Shown here: positions 25,523 through 36,272 of the stretch, in pieces | How positions within the stretch are numbered: position 1 is the stretch's first letter | Layout: each line of letters starts with the position of its first letter | NCBI GenBank assembly: GCA_045159875.1 | Contig: CP067995.1 | Coordinates: 96,001-160,000 of the forward strand | Source: a cyanobacterium endosymbiont of Rhopalodia gibba | GTDB taxonomy: Bacteria; Cyanobacteriota; Cyanobacteriia; Cyanobacteriales; Microcystaceae | Direction of reading: 5' to 3' | DNA: 64,000 nt | Notes under the pieces: model-generated | Told to the model about the DNA's origin: nothing | Databases searched by the model: none | Seen by the model: the letters and a program-made list of their open reading frames with translations, nothing else | Position numbers and translations under genes: made by a program

Positions 25523-25719
25523 CAGATCAAGAAACTTAGAAAATTTTTTAAAAAATGTAAGATCTTACTAAATCTGTCATGTAAAAATTCAAAATCTAAA
25601 GATAAAGTCTGATTGTTAATAAAAGGCTTCTCAAATGCCATACTTTGTCTATAAACAACATTGTAGCAGGTCTTGTATTTAAAGAAAATTATTCTAAACT
25701 CAACATTTTTACTTAATTT

Positions 25720-26160
25720 ATACCTAAAGTATCAAATGCTTAATTTAGTTTTATCAATGAAATTCTAAGTTTAGAAGAACTCACCATTGATCATTATTAA
25801 ATTTTAGATGAGATAGGAATAGTTTAATTTTTTTAAAAAAATAGACTCAACAGTAACTTGCATCTACTGTAATTCAAATACCAGAAAACTTCATCAAAAT
25901 AATAAATTAACTATCAGAGATTTACCTTGAGCACAGAAGGCAGTCTATCCCAAGATTAATCGTCGTCAAATAAAATGTGATCAAAATCAATATAAAAAAA
26001 GTTGAAATAAGAGTTCAGCTTTTTTTTTAAAAAAAACATATCCTAGAAAATTTAAGAAAAAAATTTTCGAAGAGTTTCCAAATAGAAATATTAAGAATGT
26101 GCTCAAAAGTAACGAAGTAAGTTTAAAAAAAATAGAAACAATGCTCAAGTATTGCACTTG
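25720..26160 (+). mobile_element. ISL3-family transposase remnant
   Basis: TCIYCNSNTRKLHQNNKLTIRDLP*AQKAVYPKINRRQIKC matches the ISL3 zinc-finger region (CPxCxxxxxxLHQN...IRDLPW...YLxINRRQxxC); stops and truncation. Confidence 0.85.
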
Positions 26161-26453
26161 CTGAATATAGTTCAAGAACATTTGTCCACAGTGCCACTCA
26201 TTTTATCAACCCAATTCCACATCCATATTCAGACAACAGGGTTAAAAGGTTTTTTTTCTTAACTATTTGCCACAACCCACTATAGGGTAATTTTGGAGGA
26301 TAAATATTGACTGACAGTAATTTTTAGATAACTCAAATTCAGATTGTTGGGGAAAAAACTTCTGGTAAGTTAACTACATAAACCAACAACTACTTCTTCT
26401 TAAGAGAACTCATTGTTGATTGATAGTCAGTGGATAACTCAGTTAAAAAAACT

Positions 26454-26615
26454 TTAGCTTAGATCAACCCTTTCTATGAGAAGGACTAGATCATCAATGG
26501 GAGCAGGGGCAGCCATATCCGAAGGTAAAAAGGCACGAATGCTCACAAACACTAAGGCAACGACAAATATCAGGACAATAAGAAACGGAGCAATATATTG
26601 GCGAAAAAATGTCAT
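26454..26615 (-). CDS. Small conserved cyanobacterial membrane protein (53 aa; below the ORF-track cut-off)
   Basis: MTFFRQYIAPFLIVLIFVVALVFVSIRAFLPSDMAAPAPIDDLVLLIERVDLS; single TM; the FLPSDMAAPAP motif is recalled from cyanobacterial small proteins. Confidence 0.75.
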   Translation of the reverse strand: MTFFRQYIAPFLIVLIFVVALVFVSIRAFLPSDMAAPAPIDDLVLLIERVDLS

Positions 26616-26714
26616 GGTTATGGGTTAAACAGGTCAACTATTAAAAATAGCAAGAGCCTATGTTTGATTAAAATTACAAGTGTCAACTATAGAATGCTTA
26701 ACAACTATCTTGTT

Positions 26715-27480
26715 TCATTGTTTTCACAATTATATTTTAAGACAGATAGGAAAATGGCAATTTGGTCATGTTTATGGTGCTGTTAATCGTTAAATCGAAA
26801 GATTTATCACCCTTAAAAATATCCATAATTAATGTTTTTTACTCATACATTTTTGGAAGAATTCTTCCGTTTAGTTTGCGCCAGACTAACATTGTATCTT
26901 GTCAGACGTTCAAACACTATAGCACAGGACTTGAAGGGAGAACCTTACAGGGTTTAATGAATGTAGAAGAAAAACTAAGCTTACAATACCACTTCAACTG
27001 AATTATTGATATCTTATTAGGTTCAGAACACGCCCATCAACGTCAAATAATTCATTGTGATATTAAACCAGAAAATATTTTACTTAATTTGACAGCTCAA
27101 GGATAGACAGCAATAATTCGCATTTTTGGTATTTCTTGTCTTATTCAAGAAACGGAAAAATCAAGTAGAGGAGAAAGTTACATCGGCTCTTCTGAACATA
27201 TAGCTGCTAAAAAAACTTATGATAACCATTATTTTAGTAGTGATTTTATTTTATGAATCAATCGTAAGAGAAATATCCTTTTCCGAACTTCCTCGGAGTT
27301 TAATCTTAATTCATCTTAACTAACTAATCACTATTACTGCTCAGATTCCTAAGTATTTGAGAGTAATTATTCAAAAGATATTATATAAGTTGTTTTGGCG
27401 ACGCTTTGCTTCAGCCCAAAAAGTGGTAACAGAATTGCGTCATTTAGCTAATTTGTTCGATTGTTATTCCTTGCAATAGA
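26715..27480 (+). pseudogene. Hanks-type Ser/Thr protein kinase pseudogene
   Basis: GKWQFGHVYGA (Gly-loop), EGRTLQGLM, HAHQRQIIHCDIKPENILL (catalytic loop), IFGIS (decayed DFG); many stops and frameshifts. Confidence 0.88.
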
Positions 27481-28048
27481 TTTTAAGTATTTCGTCCCCT
27501 TTGGTCAAATTGAATAAGGTTGAGAAACTTGATTAAACCACCTTAATTGCTCCTATTTTCTCCCTAAATGTTGTGTTTAACTAAAACAATAGAAATCTTA
27601 GAAAATGACAGTTTAAATGAACTTATTGAAAAAATTTTTTTAGAAAAAAAATTAGAAGTTACGTATTACTAGATGAACTTAAATATATTTAATTGTCAGA
27701 CAGACCATAAAGTGATTGCTAAAAATAAAGAGTAAAAGACTAATAAGATAGAGGAAATTGTTAAAAGAGAGGATAGTTGTCGGAACGAACTATAACCAAG
27801 GAATCAACAGTTAGATGTTATTTAATCTTTTATAATTGGTATTTAAGTACTTAACCAGATTTTAGATTGTAAATATTTATCTCAGATATTTTAAGATATA
27901 TGTCATGACTAAGAATATAGGTTTGATGCTAGAAATAGCTAAAAATTGATGAGTTTCAAGGAAAAAAGGAGAGTGCCAGTCGGTTAAAAACCTGTAGATA
28001 TAGGAAAATAAGACTATTTTTTTAAAAAAATCTAGAAAAGTTCAGATA

Positions 28049-28093
28049 TTAAAAACATATTTTAAAAATGTCATTTTTAAAATATGTTTTTAA
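28049..28093. repeat. Near-perfect palindrome with 22-bp arms
   Basis: ttaaaaacatattttaaaaatg-t-catttttaaaatatgtttttaa. Confidence 0.8.
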
Positions 28094-28369
28094 ACAAGAC
28101 TAAATTCACTTAAGTTAGTCTTAGCCTATTTTTGAAGTTATAAATAACTCATTAGATTATTAGATTATTAAAATTGACTAGCGAGTCCTAAAGTAATTAG
28201 GTGTAATCAATAAATTTATAGTTAGTTAGCGTTAATGATGGCTAAAAAATTAGCTCTTTAAGTTAATCTTGATCTTAGTTTGTAGCATTAGAACTTAAGT
28301 TTAGTCTCCTCATTTTTTTAAAAAAAATTATGATTAAATAATAATTCTTTTTTAAAAAATACTAATATA

Positions 28370-28882
28370 ACTAACTTTTTCTCTTGTCTTTCTACATTTT
28401 ACGGCGTAGTATCTTTCTCCTTTAGGATCATAACTATATGAATAATTTTCTCTATTATCAAATAGATCTTTATCTACAGATATTCTTCTGCCTTTAACAA
28501 TTGATTTCAGGTTTGTAAACAAATTACTTAAATTTATTTATTTCTTAATATCCATAAGCTTTTTCAGGTTATTATTGATGTTTAGTACGTATAACTTATA
28601 TACTGTTGAGTAATATTTTTACCCCATGATCGAGCGATCTCTATTTTAGTTTTAACATCACTTTGGTAAACAAATAACTTAAAATTATATTTGTTCTTCA
28701 CTATGTCCTACTTATTCATGAGTGATTGCTGTGTAAGATCCTGTTTTTCTTAACGTTTTTAACCATAAATTCGAAGTATTGTAACTAAGTTTGAATAAAC
28801 AACATATCTTGATTTTATTGTGTGTTTTTTATGCTGTTTCAACCACTTTTTGGAGTAAATTATAACCATAAGGTGTCGGCAT
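28370..28882 (-). mobile_element. IS630-family transposase remnant
   Basis: MPTPYGYNLLQKVV...LFKLSYNTSNLWLK...TG (HTH), KTKIEIARSWG, KAYGY and DNRENYSYSYDPKGERYYA (start of the DDE domain); multiple stops. Confidence 0.82.
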
Positions 28883-28962
28883 AACTGATAGTACTCACTT
28901 GAGTATTTTATTATTTCTTGTCTGATTAGAAAACTGCCTTAACATTTTTTTGTAGTACAAAA

Positions 28963-31791
28963 TCAATAATTCGAGTTATTTTGCATATTGAGAAATTGAG
29001 TAAATTCTGGCTGAAATAAAAGTTTAATGGGACCAGTTGGTCCATTTCGGTGTTTTGTGATAATTATTTCTGCAATTCCCCTATCTGCAGTGTCAGCATT
29101 ATAATACTCATCGCGATATAACATCATAATTAAATCAGCATCCTGTTCAATTGCCCCACTTTCTCTTAAATCTGACATCATAGGACGTTTATTATTTCTT
29201 GTTTCAACAGCACGACTTAACTGAGATAGAGCAACAACAGGAACATTTACCTCTCGGGCTAACCCTTTTAAAGAACGGGTAATTTTAGATAATTCTTGAG
29301 TTCTATTTTCACTACCTCCCCCTTCCATTAATTGCAAATAATCAATCAAAACTAACCCTAAGTCTCCCTTTTGTTCTGCTTTTAAACGTCTTATCTGAGA
29401 ACGAATCTGCATTACGGTTATATTAGCAGTATCATCAATATAAATGGGCATTTCTGATAAATTACCCAAGGCTAAACTTAACTGTTCATATTCATTTTGG
29501 ACAAATCTTCCCGTCCGCAAACGATTTCCTTCAATTCTCGACTCAGCGGCCAATAATCTTAAGGAAAGTTGTTCTTTTGACATTTCTAAGCTAAAGATAG
29601 CTATAGGTAGTTTACTATTTTTGGCAATATTAGCAGTCATCGCTAAGCCGAAAGCTGTGTTATGTACACAAATGTCATTAGCAACAAAATTATGAGTTTC
29701 CGGAATAGTTAAATCATAGACTTGTTGTTTCCCAGTATATTCAATTGAGGCAATTTCATCCCAATAAACCTCACTTGTTGCTAGTGCTAGTGGCTCTAAA
29801 GATAAATCATCTACAGTTAGGGCTGATTTCAAGAGTTTATTTCGTGACAATGCTCGTTTATGAAAACGAAGATTATCATAGCTTTTAACCCCTGCTATTT
29901 TTTCTATATCTGTCCAAACTTTATTCTCTTTAGAAAAAGCTATTTCTTGCCAAATTTCCATTGGAATAAAGTCGCAATTAGTTTGATATTTTTTTCTTAC
30001 TAAAGCTTTTTTAGCTAAGTCAATTACTTTTTCTTTTCCAAAAATTCCTATCTCGTCAACAAAGATTTTAATTGATTGAGCATCAGTAATATTAATTTGC
30101 CAGGTTATTCTATAATGACTTTTGTATTTAGAAAAATTTTTTTTCAGACTAGCAAGTATACCAAATCTTAGCAATAAATGTTGGATTTGACGAGTTAAAC
30201 TTCCACTTAATGAACAATAACCCAGTTGAACTTGTCCACTTTCAACAACAGAAATCCATCCATCAGTAGCAAACAAGCGATTAAGAAACAAACTCAATAG
30301 TTGGGGCTGTAACTCAAAAATAATTGACGGGATAGTTTTATTGTAAACATTTTTACCCCATAAACCTAATTCTTGTAACCAAGTCTTTAATGAATTTTTT
30401 CCATTATCGCTAATACTAGCTATTTCATAATAAGCGAGTTTCTGGAAATCAACTTCTAAAATTTGACATAGATTATCAAAATTTTTTGTATTTAGAACAT
30501 AGTTTTTATGCTTCCAATCATAGATCAAAGAAGGATGAATTCTTAATAATTTTGCTAATTTTTGATCAGACAAATTATTAGATTTAGTTACTTTCTTAAG
30601 ATAATTTGTAAAGATTGTACGATGAATTCTAATAAATTCCAAATCTCCTCTTGTATAAAAACTTGAAGTTCTTGTCCGTCGTGAAGTTTTGCGCCTTACT
30701 TTTACTCCTTTAAACTTACTGACAGATTGAACAAAATCTTTTTGTAGTAAAGGATTATTATTAGTGAATAAAGGATAATCTTTGGTTGAACAACCATCAC
30801 TTATTAAATAGGCTAATAATTTAACTTGATGATTGGGAAGTGTTCTCGTTCCAAAAATATTAATTTTTCGAGGAATGGCGATTTTATCACCTAGTTTTAG
30901 TTGTGAAAGTTGCTGCCACCCCTGAATAGTTAAATAAGGGTGGGTTAAGGTTGTTTCAATATAACGTCCTAGTTTAGTGGTCACTCTAAATACTGGTTTG
31001 ATACCATCATCTATAAAGTTAGATGGATCAGTTATCTTAAACTTCCAATCTTGATTTAACGTTAATAATTGACCCTGACGACGATGATAAATTTCTTCTA
31101 TTGTTACTAAACTGCCGTCAGCTAAAACAATTTCTGAATTAGCTGCTAAACATTTTCCCATAGAAGGCCGTCCTGCAATAATAATTAAATCAGAACGCTG
31201 TAACCCTCCTGTCATAGCATCTAAGTCATAAAAATCCGTTTGAATTCCAGGTAAAGATATTTTTTGATGACGTTTTTCTAATTCACTGTAGGTTTGTACC
31301 AAAGTATCAGCAATAGGAATTAATCCTTCTTGAGGACGCTTTTGAGTCAACCTAAAAATTTTCTTTTCTGACTCATCTAAAATTTGGTCTAATTCCTTAG
31401 TAGTTTCAAATCCTAATTCTACTATTTCATGACCGGATGAAATTAATTGACGGCGTAGGTATTTCTCCATTACTATTGAGCTATAACGGTCGATATTGAC
31501 GGCTGAAACTGTACGATCCAATAATTGCATTAATTTATCAACGCCGCCTATTTTTTCGAGAAGTTGATAATCTTCTAAGGAACTTTTTATCGTTAGCAAA
31601 TCAACGGGGTTTCCTTGAACGTAAAGCTTCAACGCTGCCTCATAGATTTTTTTATGAACCGGAACATAAAAAGCATCTGGGGTAATTAAATCTACTATCC
31701 GCTCCATGGCATTTCGATCCAGTAAAATACCGCCTAAAATGGATTCTTCTGCTTCAATATTTTGGGGAGGTAGGGCATTGTTAGCAACCAT
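28963..31791 (-). CDS. dnaB: Replicative DNA helicase DnaB (intein-containing precursor)
   Basis: PPQNIEAE, GRPSMGK|TAF split Walker A, FSLEMS, IDYLQL and SDLRESGAIEQDAD. Confidence 0.97.
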   Translation of the reverse strand: MVANNALPPQNIEAEESILGGILLDRNAMERIVDLITPDAFYVPVHKKIYEAALKLYVQGNPVDLLTIKSSLEDYQLLEKIGGVDKLMQLLDRTVSAVNIDRYSSIVMEKYLRRQLISSGHEIVELGFETTKELDQILDESEKKIFRLTQKRPQEGLIPIADTLVQTYSELEKRHQKISLPGIQTDFYDLDAMTGGLQRSDLIIIAGRPSMGKCLAANSEIVLADGSLVTIEEIYHRRQGQLLTLNQDWKFKITDPSNFIDDGIKPVFRVTTKLGRYIETTLTHPYLTIQGWQQLSQLKLGDKIAIPRKINIFGTRTLPNHQVKLLAYLISDGCSTKDYPLFTNNNPLLQKDFVQSVSKFKGVKVRRKTSRRTRTSSFYTRGDLEFIRIHRTIFTNYLKKVTKSNNLSDQKLAKLLRIHPSLIYDWKHKNYVLNTKNFDNLCQILEVDFQKLAYYEIASISDNGKNSLKTWLQELGLWGKNVYNKTIPSIIFELQPQLLSLFLNRLFATDGWISVVESGQVQLGYCSLSGSLTRQIQHLLLRFGILASLKKNFSKYKSHYRITWQINITDAQSIKIFVDEIGIFGKEKVIDLAKKALVRKKYQTNCDFIPMEIWQEIAFSKENKVWTDIEKIAGVKSYDNLRFHKRALSRNKLLKSALTVDDLSLEPLALATSEVYWDEIASIEYTGKQQVYDLTIPETHNFVANDICVHNTAFGLAMTANIAKNSKLPIAIFSLEMSKEQLSLRLLAAESRIEGNRLRTGRFVQNEYEQLSLALGNLSEMPIYIDDTANITVMQIRSQIRRLKAEQKGDLGLVLIDYLQLMEGGGSENRTQELSKITRSLKGLAREVNVPVVALSQLSRAVETRNNKRPMMSDLRESGAIEQDADLIMMLYRDEYYNADTADRGIAEIIITKHRNGPTGPIKLLFQPEFTQFLNMQNNSNY
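29659..31152 (-). mobile_element. DnaB intein (498 aa) with LAGLIDADG homing endonuclease and internal HTH
   Basis: Starts at C1 (CLAANSEI), block B TLTHPY, ends VYDLTIPETHNFVANDICVHN followed by Thr+1; LLAYLISDG and FLNRLFATDG motifs. Confidence 0.95.
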
Positions 31792-32479
31792 AAAGTTACG
31801 GTTTTATAAATCTGGGGTATTAAGAGACTGAGTTATTATACTATAGCGATTACTTATCTACATCTAGTCAACTACCTTAACCTATAAGAAGAAAAAATGA
31901 AGTTGAAAACAAAATAAATTAACATATTGCTATGTATCATAGGACCATTTTTTATGGGAAAGCTTTATGGTAGAAATTCTGTCAAATAAAGAAGGCAAAT
32001 GGACTATATATAGTATATAATTAGTAATACATTAATTATATACTATCTAATTTAGATTCTCTTAAAGAGAGACTCTCTTGAGGAAGAGTAATTTCTAGTA
32101 ACAAATTATAATAATACTCAAATATTATCGATACAGCCCGAACATTTTTGTATTAAACATCTGCATATATTTCATGTATTTCATATATTTTAGATACATC
32201 AATATTATTTTTGACTTCAAAGTATTTCTCTAATCTTGTCAATACAATCGGTTTGTTTTAGCTTCCTCTAATGAGATTAATCACACCTTTTTTCTGTGAA
32301 TTAACATAATTAGTTTCATTTGAAACATTTAGGTTGTTATTTCTCGACAAAAAAATTTATCAAAAATTAGTAATTTATATAATTTAAAATCACATCATAA
32401 TTTTTTCTTTCTAATATTCTATATTACCTATAATTTAATGTATTAAAATCAACTATAGAGCAATTTTAGGAATAACAAA

Positions 32480-32506
32480 GGTGCGCTACTTCGATTGTAA
32501 CGCACC
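32480..32506. terminator. Hairpin downstream of tal
   Basis: ggtgcgctac-ttcgatt-gtaacgcacc. Confidence 0.5.
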
Positions 32507-32539
32507 CTATTTAAATAGACTTCAAAAACAGATTTTTAC

Positions 32540-32647
32540 TCAAATCAAACAAACAGCTGACGATTGTCCATTTCTTACGGGTAACAAAAATATCTCCCTC
32601 TAAATATCATAATTACAGAAAATATCAACCGCAGTATGACAGACTTT
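32540..32647 (-). pseudogene. Decayed C-terminal EF-hand extension of transaldolase
   Basis: Directly after the tal stop: KVCHTAVDIFCNYD, then a frameshift, then LEGDIFVTRKKW; resembles ..HAAxDIFxxYDLDGDGFITREEW. Confidence 0.75.
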
Positions 32648-33631
32648 TTATTCACCTTCAAGACGGGCTAAGCGTTTTTTTAACAACTCTTCTAAGGCTT
32701 CTAATGCCTTTGTAAAACCCTTAATTCCTTCATCAAGCTTATCAAAAGCCATCTTATTTTCTTGGTGCATTTTGTCAAAGTTAGCTTTATCGACAGAGAT
32801 TTTCTCTATCTTCATTTCAGCTGCAACTTTTGGATTTAGTTTTCGAGGTAATTCAGCTTCTGTTGACTGCAATTGTTCCAAAAGTTCGGGAGAAATAGTC
32901 AATAAATCACAGCCTGCTAACTCAGAAATTTCTCCTATATTACGGAAACTTGCTCCCATCACTTCAGTTTTGTAGCCAAATTTCTTGTAATAGTTATAGA
33001 TTTTGGTCACAGAAAGTACTCCGGGATCTTCAGCGGGAGCATACTCTGTTCCAGTTTCCTTTTTGTACCAGTCAAGAATACGTCCTACAAAAGGAGAAAT
33101 CAGGGTAATACCTGCTTCTGCACAAGCAATAGCCTGGTGAATTCCAAACAACAGGGTTAAGTTACAGTGAATACCTTCTTTTTCCAGGACTTCTGCGGCT
33201 TTAATTCCTTCCCAAGTAGACGCAATTTTAATCAAGATACGATCACGTGAGACTCCATTAGCTTCATACTCAGAAATTAAATAGCGAGCTTTTTCTAGGG
33301 TTGCTTCGGTATCATAAGATAGACGAGCATCTACTTCAGTGGACACCCGTCCAGGAATGATTTCGAGGATTTTCAAACCAAAGGAAATTGCTAGGCGATC
33401 AAAAGCTAAAGTGGCAACATCAGAAGCTGACGCATTTTTGCCTAATTTTGTCCGTGCTTGTTTGAGGGTATCATCCACAATCCCCTGATATTGAGGCATT
33501 TGAGCTGCCGCAGTAATCAATGAAGGGTTAGTGGTAGCATCGCGGGGCGTAAAGATTTCAATAGCTTGAATATCTCCTGTATCAGCGACAACAATAGTAA
33601 ATTCACGTAATTGTTCAAGTAAACTAGTCAT
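32648..33631 (-). CDS. tal: Transaldolase
   Basis: [37 protein letters not shown] and [10 protein letters not shown]. Confidence 0.97.
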   Translation of the reverse strand: MTSLLEQLREFTIVVADTGDIQAIEIFTPRDATTNPSLITAAAQMPQYQGIVDDTLKQARTKLGKNASASDVATLAFDRLAISFGLKILEIIPGRVSTEVDARLSYDTEATLEKARYLISEYEANGVSRDRILIKIASTWEGIKAAEVLEKEGIHCNLTLLFGIHQAIACAEAGITLISPFVGRILDWYKKETGTEYAPAEDPGVLSVTKIYNYYKKFGYKTEVMGASFRNIGEISELAGCDLLTISPELLEQLQSTEAELPRKLNPKVAAEMKIEKISVDKANFDKMHQENKMAFDKLDEGIKGFTKALEALEELLKKRLARLEGE

Positions 33632-33981
33632 AATTGCTCCTTATGAAACGCCTAATAGATTTTTAAGTTAGGCAGTGAAAGCTAAATAAAGGTTGAGAGT
33701 ACCATTTGCTATAACATTATCAGGGCAACCCTTCTACAGAAGTTAATTTCAGGAAGTTCTAATGATTGTTAGAATAATTGATCTTCTGTGCTGGAAGCAC
33801 ACCATTATAAACTAGCAGTATGCACAAAACTAGGAGAGATATCCGCATTGCGGAGATCTCTAGGTGGGGTAGATGAAGGCAACATTGTCTATCTAGAGAA
33901 AGATCGATGAAGCAATAAAGTCTTAACTTTTGGGATAGAAAAGCTTGCGCCGTATGCTTGCTCAACTCGTTGGGAGAAATA

Positions 33982-34389
33982 TCACGGTTGAGATTCTAAA
34001 CGAATTACCCTGCCATCTCCATTAGTCCGATAAACCCAAGTTTTGGACCCATTTGTCACGACCACCCTCCATCCTTCAACCAACGCTTGAGTACAAAATT
34101 CATCAGGTCTTGTTAGTCCTAGGCAACTATCTGGCCAAGTTTTAGCTTCATATACTTTGATTTCTAGAATAGAGGTTTTTATTCCAATGAGGTTCGACGC
34201 TTTCTGACGAACTGCGTGAATTACTGTTGTTGGAGGTTCACTTTGGGAAATCATAAGTTCGGAGGTTTCCACAGGGTTAGTTCATTGAGATGATCAAATG
34301 ATAGAAGAGATGGGTGGCTGAGTACATCCACAAAACCCTAGCTAGTCCATCAGATAGCAACACCAACAGGGTTTTTTGACAGCTTTCAT
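33982..34389 (-). pseudogene. Cyanobacterial putative lipoprotein; N-terminus interrupted by in-frame stops, C-terminal domain still open
   Basis: TWPDSCLGL..PDEFCTQALVEGWRVVV...WVYRT domain; the in-frame upstream ATG at 34389 reads MKAVKK...D*LGFCGC..I*SSQ*. Confidence 0.6.
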
Positions 34390-34715
34390 CGACTTTTTTC
34401 CAGTAACAAGACTTTTAAAAAATCTAACATTTTTTTGGAAAAGTCAGGACTTTTAGTTTGTTAAACGTCGTTTTATATAAGTTATCTACCAATTGCTTTA
34501 TAAAGTTTTGATCCATGTCGTAGGTTACCAAATGAGACTGGGTAATTCGATTGTAAGCCTTCTCAAGTTTATGTGATGTATCGTTAATTTCTTGTTACTC
34601 CATCTTTGAGGTTGGATTACACTGAATGTTCAGTACAAATAATTATAATTGACACTTTTTTAAAAGTACGTCAAGATATTTAATGTAAAAGTGACTTTTG
34701 TAAGGCTAAAGATAA

Positions 34716-35363
34716 ATGACTGTGGAGCTACTGTAGCTGGCTAACACATAATAAATTGTGCGTCAATATGGTTACTGGGCAGTGTTTATGGGCATCACCT
34801 TAGAAAATATAGGAATTCCCATTCCTGGGGAAACCATTAATATTACCGGAGGAGTCCTAGCTGGAAGTGGAGATTTAAATTATTGGATAGTGATAGGAAT
34901 GGCCACTGCAGGAGTAGTTCTCGGCAGTAATTTTGGCTATTGGATTGGTCGGTTAGGAAGTTGCGCAGTTTTATTAGTATTTGGGCGTTTATTTAGAATT
35001 CCTCAAACAAAATTAGAGGAAGCTAAGGCATTATTTGGTAATAATGCGGTGAGTGCTATGTTTTTTGGACGCTTTGTAGCGTTGTTGCGGATTTTTGCCG
35101 GACCCATGGCGGGGATTATTAAAATGTCCTATAGTCAATTTTTGCTATGTCACTTTGGTGGGGCTGTGATTTGGGCATCTTTTATGGTGACTTCATCTTT
35201 TTTTGTGGGACGCATTATTCCCCTACACCAATTAGTTGAGTCCATGGCTCAATCGAGTATTGTTGCATTGGCTTTGTTGACAGCTTGGATTGTTATTCCT
35301 TGGTGGCTAGATCGTAGAAATCAGAAGTCTCCGACTTCAGGCTCGAAGACTATAACAGACTAG
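34716..35363 (+). pseudogene. DedA family protein; ancestral N-terminus has three in-frame stops (may still be expressed from GTG 34758)
   Basis: YGYWAVF.GI.LEN.GIPIPGE and FFGRFVALLRIFAGP motifs; ATG 34716 reads MTVELL*LANT**IVRQYGYW in frame. Confidence 0.65.
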
Positions 35364-35364
35364 A

Positions 35365-36050
35365 ACCTCCATAAATGATTGATTCAGGAATCTTCCATCT
35401 CTATCACTCCTGTGATGAAATATCTGGATAAATTACCCCAATCAACGTAAGTTTGACGAAATTTTAAATAAGAGAAAGGAGGCCAGTTTACTTTTCCTTC
35501 ATGAATCTAAGATAAGGTTTTTTATCTAAAATCAAGTATAAGCAAGTTGTTTATGAGCAAATTACAGTTTGGGTTCTAAATGCCGTCCCACCATAATCTT
35601 AGTCCCATCTAGCTGAGCCTTTAAAAACTTAGTGTGATCTACTGCTAGCCTGATAAACGACTCGTATCGGAGTAGAGTCAATCAATACTAATTCCTGTAA
35701 TTTTTTCCTTGCAAGTCTGTAAAAAACAGAAAGGTGACACCATCGTCTAGGATACAGCCACCACAAAACAATTGGAGTTTATTAGATTAGGAAATACTTT
35801 GTCACAATGGAGAAGAACCCGTAACGTAACTAAATCCTTTAAAAGTTTGGTATCCTGACCCAGGAAAAGTGATTATAATGCTCGTAACTTCATCTCTTTT
35901 CAAATGAGAACGGCATTCTTCTCCAATAAATAAAATACTGTTAATTGAAGAACAGCACTGTTATTCTGTCCAAATTTTTGATGAAAGTCATCTAAATCAC
36001 AAAATATTTTGATAAGTATCGAGACAAAATCTTATATTAATAGCACTAAA
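35365..36050 (-). mobile_element. IS982-family transposase remnant
   Basis: IFCDLDDFHQKF, EVTSIIITFPGSGYQTFKGF, FPNLINSNCFV and ITGIS.IDSTPIRV...SH*VFKG motifs with frameshifts and stops. Confidence 0.82.
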
Positions 36051-36172
36051 CTTTAATAAATACTGTTTTTAGTATAAAGTTACCGTCCTGTCTGTCCATG
36101 AGTTTCTTTCGAATCCACTTTACGTTAGTCATTTTTTAGAAAAAGTTGGTAAGCTATTAGGTAATAGGATAA

Positions 36173-36237
36173 ATCGTTCATCTGCCTACTTGGTAGACGG
36201 AAGTAAGGAGTTGTGAGAGCTTCTGAAGGAACGCGCC
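36173..36237 (+). ncRNA. Glutamine riboswitch (glnA RNA motif)
   Basis: P1 CGTTC(36175-79)/GAACG(36229-33), P2 TCTGCC/GGTAGA, conserved GGAAGTAA junction, P3 GGAG/CTTC, TGAAG; matches the three-way-junction glnA aptamer. Confidence 0.9.
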
Positions 36238-36272
36238 TCATTCGATAATTCAACGAATTTGAAGGAGGCGAC

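Noticed and set aside
36060..36172. NtcA site upstream of the gif-like gene (also sought upstream of hupS)
   Set aside because: No GTA-N8-TAC found; the nearest is GTA-N6-TAC
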